Source: Dehalococcoidia bacterium (GTDB lineage Bacteria; Chloroflexota; Dehalococcoidia; Bin125). Taken from it: DNA of 64,000 nt. Below are positions 1-8,573 of this stretch, one piece after another. The notes under the pieces are model-generated. The model did not search any database. It worked only from the letters and a program-made list of their open reading frames with translations, and was not told the origin of the DNA. Each line of letters starts with the position of its first letter. The first letter of the stretch is position 1. Made by a program: the position numbers and the translations under genes. Location of the stretch: assembly GCA_963662615.2 (NCBI GenBank), contig CAXXSR010000001.1, positions 1,216,001 to 1,280,000 on the forward strand, in the 5' to 3' direction.

Positions 1-204
1 GATCTCGACGTCAATAATGGTGTTGCGGGCGACCGAACGGAAGAGCGAAATCAGTTCGGTATGTGGCGCCTGCACCGACACGGACGCAAGTCCTCGCCCG
101 AAGACGTTGGCAGGCACGATCCCCTGCCGACGAAGGGCCCGGACTTTCTTCCCCGTCACCTGGCGCGGTTCCAATGCGAGGATAGGATTGTCAACCATGG
201 TCAT
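1..204 (-). CDS. rplY: 50S ribosomal protein L25/Ctc, N-terminal part (runs off window start)
   Basis: Manual translation: (MT)MVDNPILALEPRQVTGKKVRALRRQGIVPANVFGRGLASVSVQ..., the typical L25 N-terminus. Start at 204 or 198. Not in the ORF track because it is truncated. Confidence 0.9.
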   Translation of the reverse strand, partial: MTMVDNPILALEPRQVTGKKVRALRRQGIVPANVFGRGLASVSVQAPHTELISLFRSVARNTIIDVEI

Positions 205-381
205 CCCCAGCTTGGGATTCGATTGCCGCTCCCGCGCGGGGGCGGTCGCGAACTCGACGCGGCGCGGGCTGCCATTGACGCTATTCCGCCGGCGCCCGGA
301 GATCAAGCGAAGGCGTTGTCCACTGGGGTGCCCCCTCCACTATGATGCCGACGGGAGGACGCGACGAATGGGATGGGGCGG

Positions 382-1266
382 ATGAGCAGTGCTTTGCCAG
401 CCAACGCATCTCCGGCCGGGGCTGAAGTAGCGCCCCCGCCGCCGCCGTCCAGCGCCCTGCAGGAGCGGCTGGCGCGGCTGCGTACGGTCATCCGCGGCTA
501 CGACGCCGTGGTCGTCGCCTTCAGCGGCGGCGTCGATAGCACCTTGGTCGCCGCGGTCGCTAGTGAGTCGTTGGGCGAGCGAGCACTGGCCGTGACTGGG
601 CGCTCGCCGTCGCTGCCGCAGAGCGAGGATGAGCAGGCGCGGCAAATCGCGGCGGAGATCGGGATCCGGCACGAGATCATCGAGACTCGCGAGCAGGAGC
701 GCCCGGAATACATCGCCAACGCCGGCGACCGCTGTTACCACTGCAAGGAAGAGCTCTATACCCAGCTCGCCCCCGTTGCCCGCAGGATGGGGGCGGTGAT
801 TGCGAACGGTACGAACAGCGACGACCTCGGCGACTACCGGCCGGGGCTCCGTGCGGCCCGGGAGCATGGCGTACGCAGCCCGCTTGTGGAGGTGGGGTGC
901 GGCAAGGCGGATGTCCGAGCGCTGAGCCGCCTGCTCCGCCTTCCCACCTGGGACAAGCCAGCAATGGCGTGCCTCGCCAGCCGGATTCCGGTGGGAACCC
1001 CCGTAACGGTGGCGCTGCTGGGCCAGGTGGAAGCCGCGGAGGCGTCCCTGCGCTCGCTGGGCCTGCGAGAGCTGCGTGTCCGACATCACGGCGATATCGC
1101 CCGCATTGAGACGGACGCGGCCGGCATGGCGATCGTCCAGGAACAGCGCGAACGGATCGTGAGACGGCTCACGACGCTGGGCTACCGTTTCGTCACGCTG
1201 GACTTGGCTGGTTTCCGCTCCGGCTCCCTGAATCCGGCGGCGTCCGAGCGGCGGCCCCCGGGGTGA
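382..1266 (+). CDS. larE: LarE-family ATP-dependent sulfur transferase (PP-loop)
   Basis: SGGVDS PP-loop, RCYHCK, GTNSDDLGDYRPG, WDKPAMACLASRIP, RVRHHG, GFRSGSLN. Start at 373 or 382. Confidence 0.9.
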   Translation: MSSALPANASPAGAEVAPPPPPSSALQERLARLRTVIRGYDAVVVAFSGGVDSTLVAAVASESLGERALAVTGRSPSLPQSEDEQARQIAAEIGIRHEIIETREQERPEYIANAGDRCYHCKEELYTQLAPVARRMGAVIANGTNSDDLGDYRPGLRAAREHGVRSPLVEVGCGKADVRALSRLLRLPTWDKPAMACLASRIPVGTPVTVALLGQVEAAEASLRSLGLRELRVRHHGDIARIETDAAGMAIVQEQRERIVRRLTTLGYRFVTLDLAGFRSGSLNPAASERRPPG

Positions 1267-1496
1267 GCCGCTTCGCCGCGATCAGCGCCGAGTTCGCCGG
1301 CGCCGCGGGCCGGCCCGGCGAGGACAGTCGCGGTCTCCCCCGCGGGAAGGCGTTCCTGGGAAACTCACGCGACGAATGGACCGCCGTCACTGTCTTCGAC
1401 TTGGACGCCACCGCCGCCATGATTCATCTCCTAGCCGACCATACAATTCACCTTGGCGGCGGCAACCTGCCGACGCCACTGGGCACCGCCCCCTAG
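1263..1496 (+). CDS. Possible small hypothetical protein or gene remnant
   Basis: GTGA overlap with the larE stop and coding-like codon pattern (G-rich first, GC-rich third position). No recognisable motif; a competing minus-strand ORF lies at 1193-1420. Confidence 0.3.
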   Translation: MSRFAAISAEFAGAAGRPGEDSRGLPRGKAFLGNSRDEWTAVTVFDLDATAAMIHLLADHTIHLGGGNLPTPLGTAP

Positions 1497-1511
1497 CGGG
1501 CGAACCGGAGC

Positions 1512-3527
1512 ATGGCGGCGCGACGCAGCCCCGGCAAGCGACGCCTGCTCGGCGTTGACGTGGGTGGGACTTTTACCGATTTCCTCTACTGGGACGGCGA
1601 ACGCCTTGAAGTCGCCAAGCGCCCGTCGACGCCACAGGATCCGTCCCGCGCCGTCCTCGACGGCCTCGCCGCTCTGGGCTGGGCGCCGGAGGAAGTCGTC
1701 CACGGCTCCACCGTCGCGACCAACACGCTGCTCACACGGAACGGCGCCAAAACGGCGCTCATTACCACAAAGGGCTTTCGCGACACTCTCGTAATCGGAC
1801 GGCAGGCGCGCCCCCACCTCTACGCCCTGCACCCGACGCGTCCCGATCCCCTCATCCCCGACGCGATGCGCTTCGAAGTGGACGAGCGCATCAGCGCCGA
1901 CGGCCGGATCCTGACGCCCTTAGACGAAGCGGCAGTCCAGGTCCTTCTGGACCGCATCGAGAGGCGCGGTGCGGAGGCGGTGGCCGTCTGCACGCTCTTC
2001 TCCTTCCTCAACCCCGAGCACGAGCACCGCATTGCCGGGGCGGCAGAGGCGCGCGGCTTGGTGACGTCCGTGTCGCACGTGGTCCTGCCGGAACATCGCG
2101 AGTACGAGCGCATGAGCACGACGGTCGCTAACGCCTACGTCGCCCCCGCGATGAGCCGCTACCTGACCCGACTGGAAAAGGGCCTCAACGCCGCCCGGCC
2201 GGTGCGCTTGCGCGTCATGGAATCGAACGGCGGCAGTGTCAGCGCCGAGCGGGCGCGCACGGAGGCCGTGCGAACCGTGCTCTCCGGTCCGGCGGGCGGC
2301 GTCATGGGCGCCTTCGCCGCCGCCGTGCAGAGCGGACGCGCCAACGTCCTCACCTTCGACATGGGCGGCACTTCGGCCGACGTCAGCCTGTGCCCCGGAC
2401 GTCTGCTCGAAGGCGGTGAACACAGCGTGGGCGGCATCCCCATCAAGACGCATGCCCTCGAAGTGCACTCCGTGGGTGCGGGGGGCGGTTCGATCGCCTG
2501 GTTCGACGGCGGCGGCGCCCTGCGGGTGGGGCCGCAAAGCGCCGGCGCCGATCCGGGTCCCGCCGCTTACGGCCGCGGCGCGCAGCCCACCGTCACCGAC
2601 GCGCACATCGTGCTGGGCCGACTGCGGCCCCAGCACTTCCTGGGTGGAGCCATGCCCCTGCACGTCGATCGAGCAGAGCGCGCCGTCGCCACGCTGGCCG
2701 GTCCCTTCGACAGCGACGTGGTTCGCACCGCTCAGGCGATCATCGCCGTCGTGAACGCGAACATGGTGCGGGCGCTCCGAGTCATTTCAGTAGAGCGAGG
2801 ACACGACCCCGCGGAGTTCGCCCTGCTGGCCTTCGGTGGGGCGGGCCCGCTCCACGCCTGCGACCTGGCCCAGCAGTTGGGCATCCCCACGGTGCTTATC
2901 CCACCCACACCCGGCGTCCTCTCAGCCGCGGGCATGCTCCAGGCCGACGTGACCAAGGATGAAGTACAGGGCATGCTCCTGGCCGTCAGCGCTGAAGCGA
3001 AAGGGGCGCTGCCGACGCTGGCGGCCTGCTTCGCGGAGCTGTCGCGCCGCGCCCGCTCCGCCCTGGCCGCCGATGGCTACACGCGCGGCGTGTCCTTGGA
3101 GCGCGCGGCCGATCTGCGCTACAAGGGCCAGTCGCATGAGCTGACGGTTCCGCTGCACCGAGCCCTGACAGCCGCGGCGATTCGTGGAGCGTTGGCACAG
3201 GCGCATCAGCAGCGCTTCGGCCACGTTGACCCATCCCGCACCGTGGAAGTCGTTGTCGCGCGCGTGAAGGCGCGCGCGCCCGGCTTCCGCGTTGGTTCGA
3301 CCGCGGGGCTCTCACGCGACAACCCCTCCTCCGGCGGCGCAACCCAGGCCGCCGTAGTGTGGGAACGCCCCCGTCGCACCCAGATCCGGAAGCGCGCGGG
3401 CCTGGGCCGCGGCGGGATCGCAGGGCCGGCGGTGCTGACACAACTGGACACGACGACGCTGGTGCCGCCCGGCTGGCGCGCCCGTCCGGACGCGCAGGGA
3501 CTGCTCATCCTGCGGAGGACAGCATGA
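1512..3527 (+). CDS. Hydantoinase/oxoprolinase family subunit A (N-methylhydantoinase A-like)
   Basis: GVDVGGTFTD, HGSTVATN, SGPAGG, DMGGTSADV, GAGGGSIA, SAGADPGPA, FGGAGPLHA. Confidence 0.93.
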   Translation: MAARRSPGKRRLLGVDVGGTFTDFLYWDGERLEVAKRPSTPQDPSRAVLDGLAALGWAPEEVVHGSTVATNTLLTRNGAKTALITTKGFRDTLVIGRQARPHLYALHPTRPDPLIPDAMRFEVDERISADGRILTPLDEAAVQVLLDRIERRGAEAVAVCTLFSFLNPEHEHRIAGAAEARGLVTSVSHVVLPEHREYERMSTTVANAYVAPAMSRYLTRLEKGLNAARPVRLRVMESNGGSVSAERARTEAVRTVLSGPAGGVMGAFAAAVQSGRANVLTFDMGGTSADVSLCPGRLLEGGEHSVGGIPIKTHALEVHSVGAGGGSIAWFDGGGALRVGPQSAGADPGPAAYGRGAQPTVTDAHIVLGRLRPQHFLGGAMPLHVDRAERAVATLAGPFDSDVVRTAQAIIAVVNANMVRALRVISVERGHDPAEFALLAFGGAGPLHACDLAQQLGIPTVLIPPTPGVLSAAGMLQADVTKDEVQGMLLAVSAEAKGALPTLAACFAELSRRARSALAADGYTRGVSLERAADLRYKGQSHELTVPLHRALTAAAIRGALAQAHQQRFGHVDPSRTVEVVVARVKARAPGFRVGSTAGLSRDNPSSGGATQAAVVWERPRRTQIRKRAGLGRGGIAGPAVLTQLDTTTLVPPGWRARPDAQGLLILRRTA

Positions 3528-3970
3528 GGGCCGTGGTCGCCATCCGCGGCGCGAATCAGACTGAGGCGGTCGCCCGCACCCTTGCACAGCAGCTCGAGGG
3601 TCCGAGCATCCTGATTCCCTATGACACCCTTCTCAACGACTGGATCATTGCGCCGGGAGACTCGGAGGCGGTGCGAACGGTGACGGCTCAGCAGGTGAAG
3701 CTTCTCACGGCGGGCTACGTGCGAGCCGGCTATCACGTGATCATTCACGGCAGCTTCACACGCGACGGACTTCGCGATGATGTCGCCGGGGACGTGATCT
3801 TGCGGCTCCTGAGGACCGTGCCCGACGTCCGCACGGTCAGTGCAGCCTTGCGAGGCGACGCCGGCACGGGCACGCTCGCGGCGCCCCCGTCCAGCGACGT
3901 CAGCTGCGACTTGGATGCGATCAGCGTGGATCAGGCCGCCACCATCATTCGAGAGGCGCTCCATGGCTAG
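3524..3970 (+). CDS. Hypothetical protein with degenerate small P-loop kinase (AAA_33/NMP-kinase-like) pattern
   Basis: ATGA overlap with subunit A and 8-nt overlap with subunit B. VVAIRG..EAVARTLAQQL and GYHVIIHGSF resemble small P-loop kinases, but there is no GxxGxGKS/T. Confidence 0.7.
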   Translation: MRAVVAIRGANQTEAVARTLAQQLEGPSILIPYDTLLNDWIIAPGDSEAVRTVTAQQVKLLTAGYVRAGYHVIIHGSFTRDGLRDDVAGDVILRLLRTVPDVRTVSAALRGDAGTGTLAAPPSSDVSCDLDAISVDQAATIIREALHG

Positions 3971-5555
3971 ACGGCCGCGCTCCGCCGGCGCCCACGATCC
4001 AGCGCGGCTGGCGATCTTGGACTCGCTGGTCGCGTCCGTCGCCGAGGAGATGGGCGCAACACTGCGCCACACGGCGCTCTCGCCCAACATCAAGGAGCGG
4101 CGCGACTACAGCTGCGCCATCTTCGACGCACAGGGCCAGTTGCTCGCGCAGGCGGCGCACATCCCGGTCCATCTCGGGGCGATGCCCGAATCGGTCGGGG
4201 CGGTCGCCGGCCTGGCCCCGTGGGCGCCCGGCGACATCGCCATTCTCAATGACCCCTTCCTAGGCGGGACGCACCTGCCCGATGTCACCATGGTCTCCCC
4301 GGTCTTCGCGGCGTCGAAACGGGCGCGGCTCGTCGGCTTCGTCGCCAGCCGCGCGCACCAGGCCGATATTGGCGGGATGGCTCCAGGCTCCATGCCCGTC
4401 GCACAGGAGCTGGTCCAAGAAGGCCTCATCATTCCGCCGGTGCGCCTCTACCGGGCGGGCGAGCTGGTGAGTGAGACCCTGGCGCTGATCTTGCGCAATG
4501 TGCGAACGCCGGACGAGCGCCGAGGAGATTTGGACGCGCAAGTCGCGGCCCAGCGAGTGGGAGCGCGACGGCTGGCGGCGCTGCAGGCGCAGCAAGGGCA
4601 GGCCGCATTTGAAAAAGCGGCGCGGGCGCTGCTGGACTACGGCGAGCGGACGACGCGTGCCGCGATCGCGGCTCTCCCAGCCGGCACGTACGTATTCGAG
4701 GACGTGCTCGACGATGACGGCGTGTCAAGCGAGCCCGTCCCCATCCGCCTCAGTCTGCGCATTAGAGCGGACGCCTGGCATTTGGACTTTCGCGGCTCCG
4801 CGCCCCAGCGGGCGGCATCCATCAATGCCGTCGCCGCGGTGACGCGGTCGGCGGCGTATTACGTGCTGCGCTGCCTCCTCCCGCCCGACGCTCCCACCAA
4901 CGCCGGACTCTTCCGCCCTCTCAGCTTCAACCTGCCGGAGGCCAGCGTGGTGAACGCCCGTCCGCCGGTCGCCGTGGCGGCCGGGAACGTGGAGACAAGC
5001 CAACGCATCGTTGACGTGATCTGGGGCGCCCTTGGTCAGGCGATACCCCATCGCATGCCTGCAGCCTCCAGCGGGACCATGAACAACCTCACCGCCGGCG
5101 GGAGCGACCCAGAGACGGGCGAGCCCTGGGCCTACTACGAGACCAGCGGCGGGGGGCTAGGCGGCGGGCCCGACGGCGCCGGCTTGGACGCTACGCACAG
5201 CCATATGACGAACACGCTGAACACGCCCGCGGAGGCGCTGGAACTCGCCTATCCTCTGCGGGTGCTCGAGAACAGCGTGCGGAGAGGCAGCGCAGGCCGG
5301 GGCCGGCACGCGGGCGGCAACGGCCTGGTCCGTCGGACCCAATTTCTCGGCCCCGCCACCGTGACGATCATCAGCGACCGGCGCCGGCGCGCGCCCTGGG
5401 GCGCCAACGGCGGACGAGACGGCAAACCGGGGCGCAACCAGCTAGAGCGCGGGGGGCGGCGCAGCCCTCTTCCCGCCAAGGGGGTGTTCGGAGTGGTGGC
5501 GGGGGACATTGTGCGCTTGGATACCCCCGGAGGCGGCGGCTGGGGCGCCCCCTGA
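3963..5555 (+). CDS. Hydantoinase B/oxoprolinase family subunit
   Basis: SPNIKERRDYSCA, AHIPVHLG, NDPFLGGTHLPD, HQADIGG, GTMNN, HMTNTLNTP, TPGGGGWG. Confidence 0.93.
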   Translation: MARRPRSAGAHDPARLAILDSLVASVAEEMGATLRHTALSPNIKERRDYSCAIFDAQGQLLAQAAHIPVHLGAMPESVGAVAGLAPWAPGDIAILNDPFLGGTHLPDVTMVSPVFAASKRARLVGFVASRAHQADIGGMAPGSMPVAQELVQEGLIIPPVRLYRAGELVSETLALILRNVRTPDERRGDLDAQVAAQRVGARRLAALQAQQGQAAFEKAARALLDYGERTTRAAIAALPAGTYVFEDVLDDDGVSSEPVPIRLSLRIRADAWHLDFRGSAPQRAASINAVAAVTRSAAYYVLRCLLPPDAPTNAGLFRPLSFNLPEASVVNARPPVAVAAGNVETSQRIVDVIWGALGQAIPHRMPAASSGTMNNLTAGGSDPETGEPWAYYETSGGGLGGGPDGAGLDATHSHMTNTLNTPAEALELAYPLRVLENSVRRGSAGRGRHAGGNGLVRRTQFLGPATVTIISDRRRRAPWGANGGRDGKPGRNQLERGGRRSPLPAKGVFGVVAGDIVRLDTPGGGGWGAP

Positions 5556-5611
5556 CGGACGCCGGCCTCGCGCCGCAAGGACCCGCTACACTAAAAGGAC
5601 GGGGGCCCTCC

Positions 5612-6025
5612 ATGGCAGACAAGATTGAACGGGATGTCGAGGAGGTCCTCAGCAAGATTGAGGACTTCGAGTGGCACCGTCGCCAGCGGCGCGGGCCTAG
5701 CAGGGCGCGGCGCGCCTGGAACGACTCCTGGCAGCGCCTCGCGGACCGAGCCTCGTTGAGGCTGGCGCGCTTTTCGGCCGGGCACCTCATGCTTGTGGGT
5801 TTCCTCATCCTGGTCGCCGGCCTGGTCTTCCGCATTCGAGGCCCGGGCTTGTGGTTGATGCTGGGCGGGGTAATCATCTTCTTCCTGGGGCTGGCTTGGA
5901 GCATGCGCAGTGGCGGGAGTCACCCCACCCACAGCGCGCGCGGCGGCTTTTGGCGCGACCGCTACATCACCTACGACGGCGAGCCGGGTGGACCGCGAGG
6001 GTGGTTCCGCCGCTGGCGACGCTGA
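5612..6025 (+). CDS. Small membrane protein (two predicted TM helices)
   Basis: Charged N-terminus MADKIERDVEEVL, two hydrophobic stretches, upstream TACACT -10-like hexamer at 5587-5592. Confidence 0.75.
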   Translation: MADKIERDVEEVLSKIEDFEWHRRQRRGPSRARRAWNDSWQRLADRASLRLARFSAGHLMLVGFLILVAGLVFRIRGPGLWLMLGGVIIFFLGLAWSMRSGGSHPTHSARGGFWRDRYITYDGEPGGPRGWFRRWRR

Positions 6026-6037
6026 CCGTCTCGACTG

Positions 6038-7618
6038 TTGCGCACACCCCTGCCATTCCGAGTGACGCGCGTCGGCGCCATCACTGAGTCGCCCGTCCGT
6101 ACCCGAGTAGGGGCGATCCTGACCTCACTCATCGCTGCCGGCATTATCGTGGCGGCCTGCGGTGGCGACGACGAGGGGCGCGACAAGACTGTGCTGCCGG
6201 AGGCCGCGCCGACGTCCCCCGCGGCGCCAGCATCCCCCACGGCCCCTCCGGCCCCTGCTGCCCCCGCCAACGGGGGCGACGACACTCCCGAGCCAGCGCC
6301 CGCGCCTGTCGAGCCGGCGCCCGTCGCACCAGCGCCCGAGCCGCCCCCGCCCGAAGCGCCCGCCGATGGGGACGCGCAGCCCGAGCGCGACGCCGGCGCC
6401 GCGCCGCTGCCGTACGACAACGACCACGCGCTTAACGTCCTTCGCACTCTCTCGGTGGAGATCGGGCCGCGGGTCCAGGCCACCGCAGGTGAACGCGCGG
6501 CCGCCGACTTTCTTGAGGAGGCGTTCAGCTCGTTTGGCTACCGCGTCGAGCGACAAGAGTTCTCGATCCCGACATTCAGCGTGAGCCGGCTCGTCGTGAC
6601 GGCCGACGGCGAGCCGCTCGATGCCGCCGCCTTCGCGTTTTCGGCCGGAGGAACGGCGGAAGGGCCCTTGGTCGCCGTCCCGGGGTTTGGCACTCCCGCC
6701 GATTTTGACCAAGTTGACGTGAGCGGGGCGATCGCGCTGATCGAGCGCGGCGTGCTCTTTTTCCAGGACAAGGTCAACAACGCCGAAGCGGCCGGCGCCG
6801 TTGGCGTCATCATCTTCAACAATGACGCGGGCGTAGCACAAGGTGGGCTGGGCGACGGATCGAACGTCCCCACCGTGGGGATTCGCCGCGCCGACGGGCT
6901 GGCCCTGAGCGAGGCGGCGCAAGCCGGCGAGGTCGTCGCGTCCATCGCCCTGGAAGGGGGCGCTACCATCGCGCAGTCCGAGAACGTAATCGCGCGCGCG
7001 CCAGACAGCCAGTGTCTGGTCTACGTGGGCGGACACTACGACTCGGTCCCCGGCGTGCCAGGCGCGAACGACAATGCCAGCGGTACCGCGCTGGTAGTGG
7101 AGTTGGCTCGCGCCTTCGCCGAGAGCGCGGGCGTGGAGCTGATTTGCTTCGCGGCGTTCGGCGCGGAAGAGGCAGTGAACGGGAGTAGCGGCATCGCCGG
7201 CAGCCGCGCCCTGGTTCAGGAGCTGGAGGCGAGCGGCGCCGCCGACGCGGTGATCGCCATGCTCAATCTTGACGTCGCCGGCGCCGGCAACGCCCTGGCC
7301 CTTGTGGGCACGCGCGATCTGGTGCAACTGAGCGAGATGATTGCGACCGCGCTCGGCATCGACGCCGGCGGGGGCCGTCTGCCCGCCGGCGCCGGCTCCG
7401 ACCATCTCAACTTCCAGGCGGTCGGTATTCCGGTCATCTTTCCCACTGTCGTGGGCGCACCTATTCACATTCCCAGCGACAACTTCGGAGCGATCGACTC
7501 CGACGTGCTGGAGCAGACGGGGCGGCTCGCTCATGCGACGCTGGCCTGCTTGGTAGTGCTGGCCGGCGGGGCGCTCGATCCGCCGCCCGGCTGCGACGTG
7601 GAGGCCCGCGCGCCCTAA
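6038..7618 (+). CDS. M28 family aminopeptidase lipoprotein with PA domain and Pro/Ala-rich linker
   Basis: Lipobox-like VAACGG; PA domain (GAIALIERG..F.DK..NA..AGA.GVIIFN); metal ligands GHYDS, GANDNASG, AEE, NLD, SDH. Exact start uncertain. Confidence 0.88.
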   Translation: MRTPLPFRVTRVGAITESPVRTRVGAILTSLIAAGIIVAACGGDDEGRDKTVLPEAAPTSPAAPASPTAPPAPAAPANGGDDTPEPAPAPVEPAPVAPAPEPPPPEAPADGDAQPERDAGAAPLPYDNDHALNVLRTLSVEIGPRVQATAGERAAADFLEEAFSSFGYRVERQEFSIPTFSVSRLVVTADGEPLDAAAFAFSAGGTAEGPLVAVPGFGTPADFDQVDVSGAIALIERGVLFFQDKVNNAEAAGAVGVIIFNNDAGVAQGGLGDGSNVPTVGIRRADGLALSEAAQAGEVVASIALEGGATIAQSENVIARAPDSQCLVYVGGHYDSVPGVPGANDNASGTALVVELARAFAESAGVELICFAAFGAEEAVNGSSGIAGSRALVQELEASGAADAVIAMLNLDVAGAGNALALVGTRDLVQLSEMIATALGIDAGGGRLPAGAGSDHLNFQAVGIPVIFPTVVGAPIHIPSDNFGAIDSDVLEQTGRLAHATLACLVVLAGGALDPPPGCDVEARAP

Positions 7619-7641
7619 CGGCAGCCCCCTGGCCGCGCGAT

Positions 7642-7670
7642 TTGTTGGCGTTCAGCTCCGTCGGTACACT
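7642..7670 (+). promoter_or_regulatory. Putative sigma70-type promoter of the LysM lipoprotein gene
   Basis: TTGTTG-N17-TACACT. Confidence 0.45.
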
Positions 7671-7699
7671 TCGCATGGGGGGAGAGGAAGGGGGAGTCC

Positions 7700-8323
7700 G
7701 TGCGCAGGCGCATGCCCGCCGTCGTCTTGGTGGGCGCGGTAGCTCTCCTGGTTGGCTGCGGCGGCGAGAGCGATGGCGCGCCTCCCATGGCGGGCGAAGC
7801 GGCCACACCGGAGCTTGAAGAGATCCCCGTGGAGCCGCTGCCGGACACGCTGCCGGAGCCGTTCATCTTCCGCGGCGATGAGCTGCAGGTGGAAGAGACG
7901 GCGGCGGAAGAGATTATCTACGTCGTGGAGCCGGGCGACTCGCTGGCGCTCATCGCCGAGGCGTTTGGGGTGAGCACCGCCGAACTCCAGCGTCTGAACG
8001 GGATTGCCGATCCGCGATTGCTGCGCGCCGGCGACGAGCTGCGCATTCCCGTCCTCCCCGGGACGGAGGCCGAGCGCATCGCCGCGACTCTTGACGAGGC
8101 GCAAGAGGAGTTCTCCGGCCCGCCACTGGGCGAGGAATATGTTATCCAGCCCGGCGACACGCTTTCCGCCGTCGCCCAACGCTTCGGGCTGGGGTGGCCG
8201 GAACTTGCCACCTATAACCGCCTCTCCGACTTTGAGGCCAACAACCTCACGGTGGGCTCCGTCCTCATCATTCCGCCGCCGAAGGAAGACGAAGAGGAAG
8301 AGGTTCAAGAGCCGCCGGGCTGA
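7700..8323 (+). CDS. LysM peptidoglycan-binding lipoprotein (two LysM domains, acidic)
   Basis: LLVGCGG lipobox; YVVEPGDSLALIAEAFGVS..L.RLNGI..LRAGDELRIP and YVIQPGDTLSAVAQRFG..LATYN..LTVGSVLIIP. Confidence 0.92.
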   Translation: MRRRMPAVVLVGAVALLVGCGGESDGAPPMAGEAATPELEEIPVEPLPDTLPEPFIFRGDELQVEETAAEEIIYVVEPGDSLALIAEAFGVSTAELQRLNGIADPRLLRAGDELRIPVLPGTEAERIAATLDEAQEEFSGPPLGEEYVIQPGDTLSAVAQRFGLGWPELATYNRLSDFEANNLTVGSVLIIPPPKEDEEEEVQEPPG

Positions 8324-8423
8324 TCGCAGGGAGAGGACGCGAGTCTTCCGCTGCCGACAACGGCGGCGCCTCCCCCAACGATCGCCGGAGTCCGGAGTCG
8401 GCTGGCCCCGGATGCGATTTTCA

Positions 8424-8452
8424 TTGCCCGCCCATTGGCGCTGTGCTAGCCT
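8424..8452 (+). promoter_or_regulatory. Putative promoter of the carboxyltransferase gene
   Basis: TTGCCC-N17-TAGCCT with TGn extension. Confidence 0.55.
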
Positions 8453-8573
8453 CCTGCAGATCTTCCTCATGGCCCGCGCGTGGCCTGGGAGCGTCCCCAC
8501 TCCCAGGTGCGGACCCCGGCCGGCGGGAGGCGACCGCAGCAACGCGCGACCCTGGGAGGAGCCACCAACCCTG

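Noticed and set aside
8500-8545. CAGG...GCAGC resembling SRP RNA domain IV
   Set aside because: Lacks the short GNRA-capped stem between the motifs; spacing is wrong.
8004-8573. 190-aa N-terminal extension of the carboxyltransferase in the ORF track
   Set aside because: Overlaps the LysM gene and a promoter; family similarity and the SD point to ATG 8574. Similar over-extended starts were trimmed for NUDIX, aspS, the quinone reductase, priA, rsmH, mraY, ftsW and nrdR.
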